Source: a virus
DNA length: 38,389 bases
IMG/VR virus record: IMGVR_UViG_3300028114_000002
Direction: 5' to 3' (one strand)
In this document: in pieces, positions 18,772 to 25,862 of the stretch
Layout: each line of letters opens with the position of its first letter
Position numbering within the stretch: the first letter of the stretch is position 1
Notes under the pieces: generated by a model
Seen by the model: only the letters and a program-made list of their open reading frames with translations
What the model was told of the DNA's origin: nothing
The model's database searches: none
Made by a program: the position numbers and the translations under genes

Positions 18772-20103
18772 CTACCCTAGAATATCGTAGCTTGAGTCGG
18801 TATGATCCGGCAAGTGGTCGCGACGCGTCCTGACCGAATTGTCAATATTCCCCATGGCTACCAGGCGGAAACCGTCCGCGCCGTGCGAGGCCCAGTTATG
18901 CAGGGGCTTCGTCGAAAAAATCTTGTTCTTTGCGTCCCACTTGCGCTCGTAGTTCTTGAGCGCATCGATCCCACGGGCGCACTTCTCCGCGTCAAACCAC
19001 ACCTTGGGTATCAGCAGGCGGGCTGCGTTGATCCCGTCTTCGACTGAGTGCCGGGGCAGGACCTTGGCTGTCACACCTAGATCCCGGAGCGACTGGATCC
19101 GGTTCTTTCCCGTCTGTAGCTCACGCGCCTCGGCATCGTGCGGAAGAATATGATCGCGGTACACGTAGCCACCACGGCGCTGAGCACGCTTCTGAAGCTC
19201 GGCCACGTAGTGGGGGAGCGCCTGCCCAGAATCCTCCAGATAGTCGATCGCATGGAACTCCCTCCCCACTTGCTGAATGAACCAAATGACGAGCGAATCG
19301 CCGATCCCGAGGTCCCAGTAGGTATCGACGGGAACCGCGGGGTCATGTGGGACTTCGCAAATGCGGCCAGCTTTCTGTGCCGCTTCCATCTCTTTTCCGT
19401 AGTAGGCCCCGATAAGCGCTGCCGTAAACGAGCACTCAAACTCCTGCTCAAACTCCTCCGGCGACATAATCGCCCGCGCGTCGTCCAGCTCCTTGGCTGG
19501 AACGATGCCCGTCTCAGAAGCTTTAAACACGCCCCAGTACCAGTCCTGATCAACACCAGATTTCGACTTCGCGACTTTTAAGATATCCCAGAAGTGGTTC
19601 TGCCCCTTGGGAGTACCGATGAAGATCGCCCAGCCCATCCGGTCCGAGAGCGCCGGGCGAATTACCTGCGACCACACCAGGGGGTCCATTTCCGCGAATT
19701 CATCCAAAATAACCCCGTCAAAATACATCCCCCGGATCGATCCGGGGTTGTCGGCTCCCAGGAGTACAATTCGGATCCGATCGCCCCCGTTGACGCCAGG
19801 GCGAGGAATATCCACTCGCAACTCAGCCTCATTTGCCGTCACCCCAGGGATATTCTTCGTGTACTCTTTGAGGTAATCCCACGCGACGCGCTTGGCTTGC
19901 CCGTAGTAGGGCGCAAAATATGCGTACTGCGGGTTCTTGCGCGGGCAACGGAGTGACTTGTCAACAACTTCGTTGATCGCAAGTACCGTTTTCCCGAAAC
20001 GGCGATGGCAGACGAGCACATTGAAGCGCTTCAGGAGAGTATGAATCTTCTCCTGCAGTTTGCGCGGAACGTACCCGGTTCCGACTTTCTTTTGCTGCAT
20101 CAA
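18772..20103 (-). CDS. terL: Terminase large subunit (443 aa)
   Basis: Walker A-like CHRRFGKT and Walker B-like VILDEFAEM, followed by a C-terminal nuclease-type region. The track start at 20103 is TTG; the ATG at 20100 is the more likely start. Confidence 0.9.
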   Translation of the reverse strand: MMQQKKVGTGYVPRKLQEKIHTLLKRFNVLVCHRRFGKTVLAINEVVDKSLRCPRKNPQYAYFAPYYGQAKRVAWDYLKEYTKNIPGVTANEAELRVDIPRPGVNGGDRIRIVLLGADNPGSIRGMYFDGVILDEFAEMDPLVWSQVIRPALSDRMGWAIFIGTPKGQNHFWDILKVAKSKSGVDQDWYWGVFKASETGIVPAKELDDARAIMSPEEFEQEFECSFTAALIGAYYGKEMEAAQKAGRICEVPHDPAVPVDTYWDLGIGDSLVIWFIQQVGREFHAIDYLEDSGQALPHYVAELQKRAQRRGGYVYRDHILPHDAEARELQTGKNRIQSLRDLGVTAKVLPRHSVEDGINAARLLIPKVWFDAEKCARGIDALKNYERKWDAKNKIFSTKPLHNWASHGADGFRLVAMGNIDNSVRTRRDHLPDHTDSSYDILG

Positions 20104-20142
20104 TTCCCCCGGCCCCAGGATACCAGGGGGGAGGAAAAACCG

Positions 20143-20433
20143 CTAGGATTCACGAACGGGAATCCCGGGTTGCGCTAGATCATGTACCGTGATCGACAGC
20201 CACACCGTCCAGGGCTTGCAATTCTGGCACCCCGGATTCTGGCAGTGGGGCTGCTTCACCTTCTTCGTCAGCGTCGCTCCATGCAGGAGCTTCGCTGTGT
20301 CCCCGATCCCCGTGATCTGGTGTTCGACTATCAGCTTCTTGATCACCTCTGTCCGCAGTCCCGGAGCCTTCACCTGGAAGTGCTCGAGCTGGTTCCACGT
20401 CACCGCTGATGTCGTCTCGAATTCCACCCACAT
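20143..20433 (-). CDS. 96-aa protein with an HCQNPGCQNC cysteine motif. Either an independent gene or the true C-terminal coding frame of the small terminase.
   Basis: ATG at 20433 preceded by AGGGGG (20445..20440) with a 6-nt spacer. By hand count, third-position G+C is 74/96 (77%) in this frame, against 39/96 (41%) in the overlapping frame of ORF 20180..21022. Confidence 0.6.
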   Translation of the reverse strand: MWVEFETTSAVTWNQLEHFQVKAPGLRTEVIKKLIVEHQITGIGDTAKLLHGATLTKKVKQPHCQNPGCQNCKPWTVWLSITVHDLAQPGIPVRES

Positions 20434-21022
20434 CTTTTGCCCCCTGGAATCCCGGATCTCCGGGCCTACGAATACCCGTGTCAATGATTAATTGCAGGGG
20501 GGCTTGCGCATCCCCCGAAATTTTGACCTTGCTTCCCCAGTTTTCGGGGTCGAGTTTTTCCGCCTGCCACTTCAAAGTCTCGACCGCGAGTTTAACTCCC
20601 GCAACTTCATCCTTGCCCGGCTCTGTAAGGGCGCGATTGACTGCATCCTGGGCAGCGTTTTCCGCTGCAATCTTTTTTGCAAGCTGGACCTTCTCGCGGA
20701 AGTTCGGTTTGTCCGTCATCCACTTCATCAACACGCGAGCCGGCGGCATGCCTTCAATCTTTGCGACATCCGTAAACGTCGCTCCGCCTTGTACCAGGGA
20801 GGCCACACGGTCAGCCAGCCCCATCGAGTACACAAAGCGTCCGTCAACGCGGGCGAGCTGCTCACGGCCTACCAGGGCCCCTGTCTCGACATCGATGAGG
20901 TTGTATTCCTGGATGCTCTCGTCCCATTCCCAGTGGACGTGCTGGCCCGCCTGCGAGGTTTGCAGGGGGGAGGAAGACGGGGCAAGTTCTAGGTCGAGCG
21001 GACGCGGAGTGGTCATTCTCAC
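20180..21022 (-). CDS. terS: Terminase small subunit. The N-terminal ~190 aa are convincing; the last ~85-100 codons (below about 20440) look like a non-coding frame.
   Basis: First gene of the leftward arm, directly upstream of the large terminase. Contains an HTH-like GATFTDVAKIEGMPPARVLMKWM and ...KLAVETLKWQAEKLDPENWG. GC3 is about 75% over the first 60 codons but about 41% in the tail, which is D/E/G/P/A-rich low complexity. Start is GTG 21022 or ATG 21016, with no clear SD. Confidence 0.6.
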   Translation of the reverse strand: MRMTTPRPLDLELAPSSSPLQTSQAGQHVHWEWDESIQEYNLIDVETGALVGREQLARVDGRFVYSMGLADRVASLVQGGATFTDVAKIEGMPPARVLMKWMTDKPNFREKVQLAKKIAAENAAQDAVNRALTEPGKDEVAGVKLAVETLKWQAEKLDPENWGSKVKISGDAQAPLQLIIDTGIRRPGDPGFQGAKDVGGIRDDISGDVEPARALPGEGSGTADRGDQEADSRTPDHGDRGHSEAPAWSDADEEGEAAPLPESGVPELQALDGVAVDHGT

Positions 21023-21148
21023 AGGATACAGGATTTAAAACAATCCGGGAACCCGCGACATAGTTGCCGCACTGCGTCAAATGAAAACTGAAAAACTTGT
21101 CCCGGTTGCAGTCGGCACCGAACGCCCTAACCGGTCTCGGGGAATTTG

Positions 21149-21293
21149 GGGGTGCACCCCTTTGAAAAGACCCCCCGGGGGGCCCCGGCATCCGTCTATC
21201 AATGCGCGGCGGGCCGCTCTTATATACTAGACCCCGGTACCCTGGGGCGCACACGCCTAGGGGCTCGCGCTACCCTTATCCCGGGGGCGCACA
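21149..21293. promoter_or_regulatory. Palindromes and direct repeats in the divergent control region
   Basis: Perfect 12-bp palindromes GGGGTGCACCCC (21149..21160) and CCCCCCGGGGGG (21171..21182). Direct repeat GGGGCGCACA at 21244..21253 and 21284..21293, 40 bp apart, with the second copy ending 18 bp upstream of the -35 at 21311. Confidence 0.5.
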
Positions 21294-21310
21294 TTTATTT
21301 CACTTTGCTA

Positions 21311-21337
21311 TTGACAAGGCTAATCACTTATCATAAT
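21311..21337 (+). promoter_or_regulatory. Sigma-70-like early promoter (rightward)
   Basis: TTGACA (21311..21316) and CATAAT (21332..21337) with a 15-nt spacer, or ATAATG/TAATGC at 16/17 nt. An A/T-rich stretch lies upstream (atttatttcactttgctat). First promoter-like element upstream of the early genes. Confidence 0.5.
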
Positions 21338-21374
21338 GCACTGACTCACAATGTACCAACACAAAGGAGTTCAA

Positions 21375-21623
21375 ATGAAACGCACCCTTCGTAACCTAAC
21401 TCTAGGCCTTACCCTCGGCGCCGGGATCCCCGGAGTCCTCCTCTACAGCGCCCCAGTGCACGCCGCGGCAGGTGCCCAGGCTGCCAAAGGGGGAACTCCC
21501 CGAACGATTGATCCCAGGAATCCCTGCCATTGGTCCAAAACCCACATTGTATGGGTCCCTGAGACCCGGGGGTGCATGACCCCGGCCGCTTACTCCCAAT
21601 GGTTGAAAGAACGCGCTAAATAG
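21375..21623 (+). CDS. Small exported early protein (82 aa)
   Basis: ATG at 21375 preceded by AAGGAG with a 5-nt spacer. MKRTLRNLTLGLTLGAGIPGVLLYSAPVHAAAG has a signal-peptide pattern. Two Cys in the mature part. Confidence 0.6.
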   Translation: MKRTLRNLTLGLTLGAGIPGVLLYSAPVHAAAGAQAAKGGTPRTIDPRNPCHWSKTHIVWVPETRGCMTPAAYSQWLKERAK

Positions 21624-21982
21624 ATCGTACATGGCTAGATGGCATCTATCGGGGCATCAGGCCACTGAATTCTCAAACATCTTTTTGGTTCCATATATCC
21701 AACGCGTATTTTTGCCAGATATCCTTATAATGCCTTTCCAGAAAAAAGATATTTTTTTTAGAGAAGTATCTGCCCTAGTCACTACTATGCAAATAGATTT
21801 TAGAAAATCAAGTACTTAGGGGAGTGACGAGGTACTTTAGGGCCTCGTCACTGCCCGGTAACTCATACCCTGCTAGATACTATCTGACACTTAGTTAGGT
21901 CAGACGCAAATTAAAACCTTGTCCAAACGCCATGCTACATGGCATGTAACACACACAACATCTAACCAAGGAGATTAACGCG
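21624..21982. promoter_or_regulatory. AT-rich non-coding island with inverted repeats (candidate regulatory hub or origin)
   Basis: A 359-bp gap that is much more A/T-rich than its flanks (e.g. cagaaaaaagatattttttttagag). Perfect TATAAT at 21726..21731. 10-bp stem AGTGACGAGG/CCTCGTCACT (21823..21832 / 21843..21852). TCTGAC-N10-GTCAGA. TACATGGC at 21628 and 21936. IR GCCATG-cta-CATGGC at 21929..21943. Confidence 0.45.
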
Positions 21983-22291
21983 ATGCCTGTAAAATTAGAA
22001 ACTGTTAAAATTCGAGTACATGCCGCCGGTCAAGTGTTTGAAATGGAAGAAGGGGATAGCTTAGCGGCACAGTGCCTAATACGTATCCCGGAACTAAGGA
22101 AACCCTATGAGCGGGACCTAAAAACGCTCCCGTTCGAAGACGCCGCCGAGATGGCGCAACGCTTTGAGGATTGGCACCCCGGACTCCTAGACCTTCCCAT
22201 CACCTGCCAGGTGTTATCCCTGCATTTGTACCGCGTAAGGCCCCGGGGAACCGGGAAGTACCGCCGCCTAGTGGCCACGCGCACGTTCTAA
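21983..22291 (+). CDS. Hypothetical early protein (102 aa)
   Basis: ATG preceded by AAGGAG with a 9-nt spacer. No motif recognised. Confidence 0.6.
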   Translation: MPVKLETVKIRVHAAGQVFEMEEGDSLAAQCLIRIPELRKPYERDLKTLPFEDAAEMAQRFEDWHPGLLDLPITCQVLSLHLYRVRPRGTGKYRRLVATRTF

Positions 22292-22309
22292 TCCCCCTGC
22301 AAATAATCC

Positions 22310-22338
22310 TTGACTCTCAACGTCCCAACTATCATTAT
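22310..22338 (+). promoter_or_regulatory. Sigma-70-like promoter (rightward)
   Basis: TTGACT (22310..22315), 17-nt spacer, CATTAT (22333..22338), in the 92-bp gap before the gene at 22384. Lies immediately after a CCCCCTGCA motif copy (22293..22301). Confidence 0.5.
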
Positions 22339-22383
22339 CAAATGTACCAACAGCCCTAAAAGCCGAATTGGAGCGGCTAAATC

Positions 22384-22638
22384 ATGAAATACCGATTTAA
22401 AACCACGTTGATAGCAACCTTGCTCGCAGGGAGCCTTGGGGTTTCCTCTTCTCCTGCAAATGCGATCGCGAAGCCGCGCATCTCCCTGGAAGATGCCGTC
22501 GAAAAGCTTCGTGTAAAGTATTCGATCATGGATGCATCCGAGAACATGCGTGCACGTCACAAGCAAGAACGAGCGGAACTAAAAGAGCGCCAAAAAACTG
22601 AGCGCGAATCTCTCAAGTTCCAATTGGGGCGCAAATGA
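22384..22638 (+). CDS. Small exported coiled-coil early protein (84 aa)
   Basis: MKYRFKTTLIATLLAGSLGVSSSPANA/IAKP has a signal-peptide pattern. The C-terminal part is K/E/R-rich and helical. Confidence 0.6.
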   Translation: MKYRFKTTLIATLLAGSLGVSSSPANAIAKPRISLEDAVEKLRVKYSIMDASENMRARHKQERAELKERQKTERESLKFQLGRK

Positions 22639-22823
22639 AAACAAAGCTTGCTGAAATCTTCCGCGAATACTGGAACAACTTTCTTAGCGTTGAAGGCTTT
22701 GCATCGTATTATGGAATCCCGGTTTCCAGGGCGCAACGCATGATTAATCTAGGCCGCTGGGCGCACGACAAAGGCGCTAAAGCCCCTTGGACAATCCAGG
22801 GCCGCAAGGCAGGTAGCAAATGA
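22635..22823 (+). CDS. Small putative HTH DNA-binding protein (62 aa)
   Basis: ATGA overlap with the upstream stop. SYYGIPVSRAQRMINLGRW looks like a helix-turn-helix. Confidence 0.45.
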   Translation: MKTKLAEIFREYWNNFLSVEGFASYYGIPVSRAQRMINLGRWAHDKGAKAPWTIQGRKAGSK

Positions 22824-23035
22824 GTAAGGTCCAAGTAATTGAACAATCGCGAAGCGTCTTCATTACGTGGGACTTTGGCTCCCTGGGATCAAGCCAACGT
22901 TGGCTAAGAAAGATCCGGGGTGCCAAGTGTGTTTCCCCCTGCAGATATGTACGCAACTTATACGGCGAAGAGTTTTTGCTGCGCGAATATCAAGACAATC
23001 AAGGTACGCGTTTTTTAGTGAAGGAGAGTATTTAA
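22820..23035 (+). CDS. Hypothetical early protein (71 aa)
   Basis: ATGA overlap at 22820..22823. The stop abuts the next ATG at 23036. Confidence 0.5.
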   Translation: MSKVQVIEQSRSVFITWDFGSLGSSQRWLRKIRGAKCVSPCRYVRNLYGEEFLLREYQDNQGTRFLVKESI

Positions 23036-23290
23036 ATGAGACATTACATAAAACTTGACCGCAGCGGCCCTCGCGCAAAATCGTTTGGCTTTGGATCGAA
23101 CAATAAGATCACGGAAGGCAAGCAGGACTTGACTTTTGAAGCTGAGTTCTTAACGCAGGAAAAACCCCGGGAGAATGATACACGCAAGTCCCTAGGTTCG
23201 GTGCAACTTGTCGTCCTCCCCTGCAAAACCCGAGAGCTACGGCATTGGCATAATGGTGTGTGCACGGTACTCGCTATGGTGAAAGTATGA
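23036..23290 (+). CDS. Hypothetical early protein (84 aa)
   Basis: The ATG directly follows the preceding TAA. Part of the coupled gene train. Confidence 0.5.
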   Translation: MRHYIKLDRSGPRAKSFGFGSNNKITEGKQDLTFEAEFLTQEKPRENDTRKSLGSVQLVVLPCKTRELRHWHNGVCTVLAMVKV

Positions 23291-23541
23291 ATGTGGATCT
23301 TGGTTACGTGGCAACACGTAGGAAGCGTATACTTGTGGAGCAATGGGAGTTGCCGTTCGCTACCTGCCAAGTGTGGGAAGCGCATGGACCCCCGGGAGCC
23401 CGCCACATTCAGCACAAGTATGCGGCATGCTACTTAGATGAGTTTGGAAAGAAGCAATGGCTACGAGAGCCTGAAACTGATTTTGAAACGGTGTCGGGAG
23501 CACGCACGGCAATTCTTATCTTCATGGAGACTTTAAAATGA
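23287..23541 (+). CDS. Hypothetical early protein (84 aa)
   Basis: I chose the internal ATG at 23287 (MNVDLGY) because it makes an ATGA overlap with the upstream stop. The track start at 23260 overlaps the previous gene out of frame. Confidence 0.5.
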   Translation: MNVDLGYVATRRKRILVEQWELPFATCQVWEAHGPPGARHIQHKYAACYLDEFGKKQWLREPETDFETVSGARTAILIFMETLK

Positions 23542-23630
23542 CAGCAGATTACGGATGGAAATTGTGGGAGCTTGCAATTATTGTGGGTCTCATTATGCTA
23601 GTTGGAACAAAATTAGGGGTGATTAAATGA
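23538..23630 (+). CDS. 30-aa single-pass membrane peptide MTADYGWKLWELAIIVGLIMLVGTKLGVIK (below the ORF-track cutoff)
   Basis: Translated by hand. It exactly fills the gap between two genes, with ATGA overlaps at both ends (23538..23541 and 23627..23630). Confidence 0.55.
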   Translation: MTADYGWKLWELAIIVGLIMLVGTKLGVIK

Positions 23631-24322
23631 GTTCAAAAAGTCGTGTGAGGCCAGGTGTTCCCGCGAGTCGGAAGGACCCTATGCCACCGAAATTTCCGGT
23701 GGAGATCCCCCCTGCAAAAAAAGAGCATTGGCAGGAGGAGCCGGTTAAAGGATGGCTGGACCCCTGGGAGTATTTCATCCAGGATCAAGTCAAACAAAAA
23801 TACCCCGAATTACTTGCACTCACGCCTAGGCGTATGCAAGTGGTTGATCCCAAGTGGGCGGGGCGTGACGAGGAGTCCCGCCTGCAATGGTGGGCATGCT
23901 TTCTCTGGGCATTGGCGGGCCCTGAATCTAATCGTTCTCGGACGATGATCTATGTTGAGGGGACGATGGATAAGGACCCCGTGACGGGCTTCCAGGTGCG
24001 CTCAGAGGGGTTACTCCAGCTGAGCTATCAGGACGTGCCCAACTATAAATATAAGGGTGAAATCTCCTGGGAGAAGGATCGGGAGCTTGCGCGCTTTGAT
24101 TATGAGACGAAAGCGAAGTTCGGAGATGGACTGCGTACGTTGCATTCTGCTTACGCGAATCTTGACTTAGGTCTCTTCATCATGCGCAAGCATTTGGTTG
24201 AATTCAACTCGGATCGATCGTTTGAGGATGCACTAGGCAAATACTGGTATGTGATGCAAACGCGTAACAAGGAAGAGTTTGCGCAGGTGTTGGCTGGGCT
24301 TAAGACTCGGGGGATGCGGTGA
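23627..24322 (+). CDS. Early protein with a possible lytic-transglycosylase (SLT)-like core (231 aa)
   Basis: ...LAGPESNRS...VRSEGLLQLSYQD...HSAYANLD... loosely matches the SLT pattern (catalytic E-S, G-L-M-Q, A-Y-N). Judged by eye only. Confidence 0.35.
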   Translation: MSSKSRVRPGVPASRKDPMPPKFPVEIPPAKKEHWQEEPVKGWLDPWEYFIQDQVKQKYPELLALTPRRMQVVDPKWAGRDEESRLQWWACFLWALAGPESNRSRTMIYVEGTMDKDPVTGFQVRSEGLLQLSYQDVPNYKYKGEISWEKDRELARFDYETKAKFGDGLRTLHSAYANLDLGLFIMRKHLVEFNSDRSFEDALGKYWYVMQTRNKEEFAQVLAGLKTRGMR

Positions 24323-24621
24323 GAATCATCAAATTCGTCTCACGCGAAATTAGCGGTGGGCAGATTGCGCTCTATCCTATCTATGAGAATGGCAGGGAGG
24401 GTGCGCTTGCGTGTAAGTGTACGCCTGAAGTTGCGCACATGTTCATGAGCGCGCCAAGCCTTATGCGTATGGCAGAGCAAGCAACTGGCTCCCCGGACCC
24501 CATCATGCGCAGTCTCGCGCGTACCTCGCTCGCACTCGCGAAGCGTGCGCCAGACGTTCTCCCTGCAAATAGCCGCTCTGATGCGTTCATGAGCATCATT
24601 AGGGGGCTTCGGGATGGCTAA
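24319..24621 (+). CDS. Hypothetical early protein (100 aa)
   Basis: GTG start forming a GTGA overlap with the upstream stop. No motif recognised. Confidence 0.45.
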   Translation: MRIIKFVSREISGGQIALYPIYENGREGALACKCTPEVAHMFMSAPSLMRMAEQATGSPDPIMRSLARTSLALAKRAPDVLPANSRSDAFMSIIRGLRDG

Positions 24622-25015
24622 GCGCATTGGACTCACCAAGGGTTTTCACTGCATTGTGAGTGATGAGGACTTTGAATGGATCGGATCATTCAAATGGCAC
24701 GCATCTATTGCAACGACAGATGAGCGCAGTATCCAAAAAGTATACGCGAAGCGCCGTAGGCGAGTCTCCGAGCCTGGCGAGACAGCCATGGTGTACATGC
24801 ACCATGAGGTCATGAAGCGGCACTTGCGCGAGCAAGGCCTTGACGTTGACTTGGAGCTTGCAGGCAAGTACATCGATCACGGGGATGGGGACTCTTTGAA
24901 TAACACGCGCGAGAATCTTTGGCCTGTTTTGCCGAAAGAGAACATCCCACGCTACACGCTGATCCATAATCAGCCACGCGTGAAGCGTGCGCTTAAGAAA
25001 GCGAGAAGGAAATGA
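24614..25015 (+). CDS. HNH endonuclease (133 aa)
   Basis: ...FKWHA...YAKRRR...MHHEVM...YIDHGDGDSLNNTRENLWPV matches the HNH_3-type signature (DH-x-[DN]-x-x-x-x-N-N-x-x-x-N-L). Confidence 0.8.
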   Translation: MAKRIGLTKGFHCIVSDEDFEWIGSFKWHASIATTDERSIQKVYAKRRRRVSEPGETAMVYMHHEVMKRHLREQGLDVDLELAGKYIDHGDGDSLNNTRENLWPVLPKENIPRYTLIHNQPRVKRALKKARRK

Positions 25016-25275
25016 CCCCCGAATCCAAGACCCCCAGCGCGTGGCCGAGTGAGGAAGACTTCTGTCACATAGCGTGGGAGTGTTTCGGCCAAGACATTGC
25101 GTCGCATAACTTCAAAGGCCTCTACGCAGTTCTCACCACCCGCCTCAAAGACCACGTCATCCTACCAAGGGATCAGGTGGAGAAGCTAAGGGAAGAGATT
25201 GTGAGCGACGTTAAGTCTCTGCGTACATTCGACTGCCTCAACATCCTCGACGCCGCATTAACAAACAACAAGTAA
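25012..25275 (+). CDS. Hypothetical protein (87 aa)
   Basis: ATGA overlap at 25012..25015. No motif recognised. Confidence 0.5.
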   Translation: MTPESKTPSAWPSEEDFCHIAWECFGQDIASHNFKGLYAVLTTRLKDHVILPRDQVEKLREEIVSDVKSLRTFDCLNILDAALTNNK

Positions 25276-25284
25276 AGGAGACCT

Positions 25285-25653
25285 ATGGAAATCAGTGCAA
25301 ATGAAATTGAAATCAACGGCCAAAAGTACGTGAAGAAAGGCACACAGTCGCAGGCAACATCGCCTGAAGGACTTCCCTACGTCATCATCCGCAGCGAGGG
25401 GGCTGGCGTCTTTGCCGGTTACTTGAAAGAGCAGAATGGTCAGGAAGTCGTGATCCTTGAGTCTCGTCGTCTTTGGTATTGGTCTGGTGCCGCATCGCTC
25501 AGTCAGCTTGCCATTGACGGTACATCGAAGCCCAAAGACTGCAAGTTCCCCGAGGCTGTGTCGTCACAGAAGATTTTCAAGGTGCTTGAGATCATCAATG
25601 TGACCCAGAAAGCAAAAGACTCGATTGCGAGCGTGAAGCCGTGGCAACTGTAG
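25285..25653 (+). CDS. Conserved-looking hypothetical protein (122 aa) preceding the Gly-X repeat
   Basis: AAAGGAG lies upstream of the ATG. ...VIIRSEGAGVFAGYLKEQNGQEVVILESRRLWYWSGAASLSQLAIDG... resembles a widespread small phage protein family that I cannot name with certainty. Confidence 0.6.
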   Translation: MEISANEIEINGQKYVKKGTQSQATSPEGLPYVIIRSEGAGVFAGYLKEQNGQEVVILESRRLWYWSGAASLSQLAIDGTSKPKDCKFPEAVSSQKIFKVLEIINVTQKAKDSIASVKPWQL

Positions 25654-25862
25654 AGGTTGATTCCGGCTCCGGCGACGGCTCCGGCGACGGCTACGGCTAC
25701 GGCTCCGGCGACGGCGACGGCTCCGGCTACGGCTCCGGCGACGGCGACGGCTCCGGCTACGGCGACGGCTACGGCTCCGGCTACGGCGACGGCTCCGGCG
25801 ACGGCGACGGCTCCGGCGACGGCGACGGCTACGGCTCCGGCTACGGCGACGGCTACGGTTGA
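25641..25862 (+). CDS. (S/D/Y-G)33 low-complexity protein. Mode of expression uncertain.
   Basis: The frame giving GGC-NNC has 100% G/C at third positions in the array and stops right at the array end (GGT TGA). Its only start candidate is GTG 25641, which has no good SD and lies 10 nt before the upstream stop. That points to reinitiation or a -1 frameshift rather than independent initiation. Confidence 0.4.
   Translation: MATVEVDSGSGDGSGDGYGYGSGDGDGSGYGSGDGDGSGYGDGYGSGYGDGSGDGDGSGDGDGYGSGYGDGYG
25662..25859 (+). repeat. 33 tandem hexanucleotide units GGC-NNC (NNC = TCC, GAC or TAC)
   Basis: Read directly. Every Gly codon is GGC except the last (GGT). Every Ser is TCC, every Asp GAC and every Tyr TAC, with no synonymous variation. 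There are higher-order repeats, e.g. GSGDGDGSGY twice. The region is open in two plus frames and one minus frame. Confidence 0.95.

Noticed and set aside
1199-20491. Many 60-410-aa ORFs antisense to or out of frame with the structural genes (e.g. 3073..3831, 4623..5159, 6489..7301, 6947..7987, 11298..12035, 14347..15579, 15863..16519, 18039..18758, 20409..21038)
   Set aside because: All lie wholly inside longer ORFs with recognisable virion-protein features. Their products are R/P/S/A/C-rich low-complexity sequences, as expected from alternative frames of G+C-biased coding DNA, and none has an SD.
21631-21819. 62-aa ORF in the AT-rich island
   Set aside because: No SD. Its composition is unlike every other gene here (A/T-rich codons). 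The region is better explained as regulatory DNA. Not excluded, but unsupported.
25662-25859. CRISPR array
   Set aside because: The units are 6 nt long and have no spacers. This is a coding microsatellite-like repeat, not a repeat-spacer architecture, and no cas genes are present.
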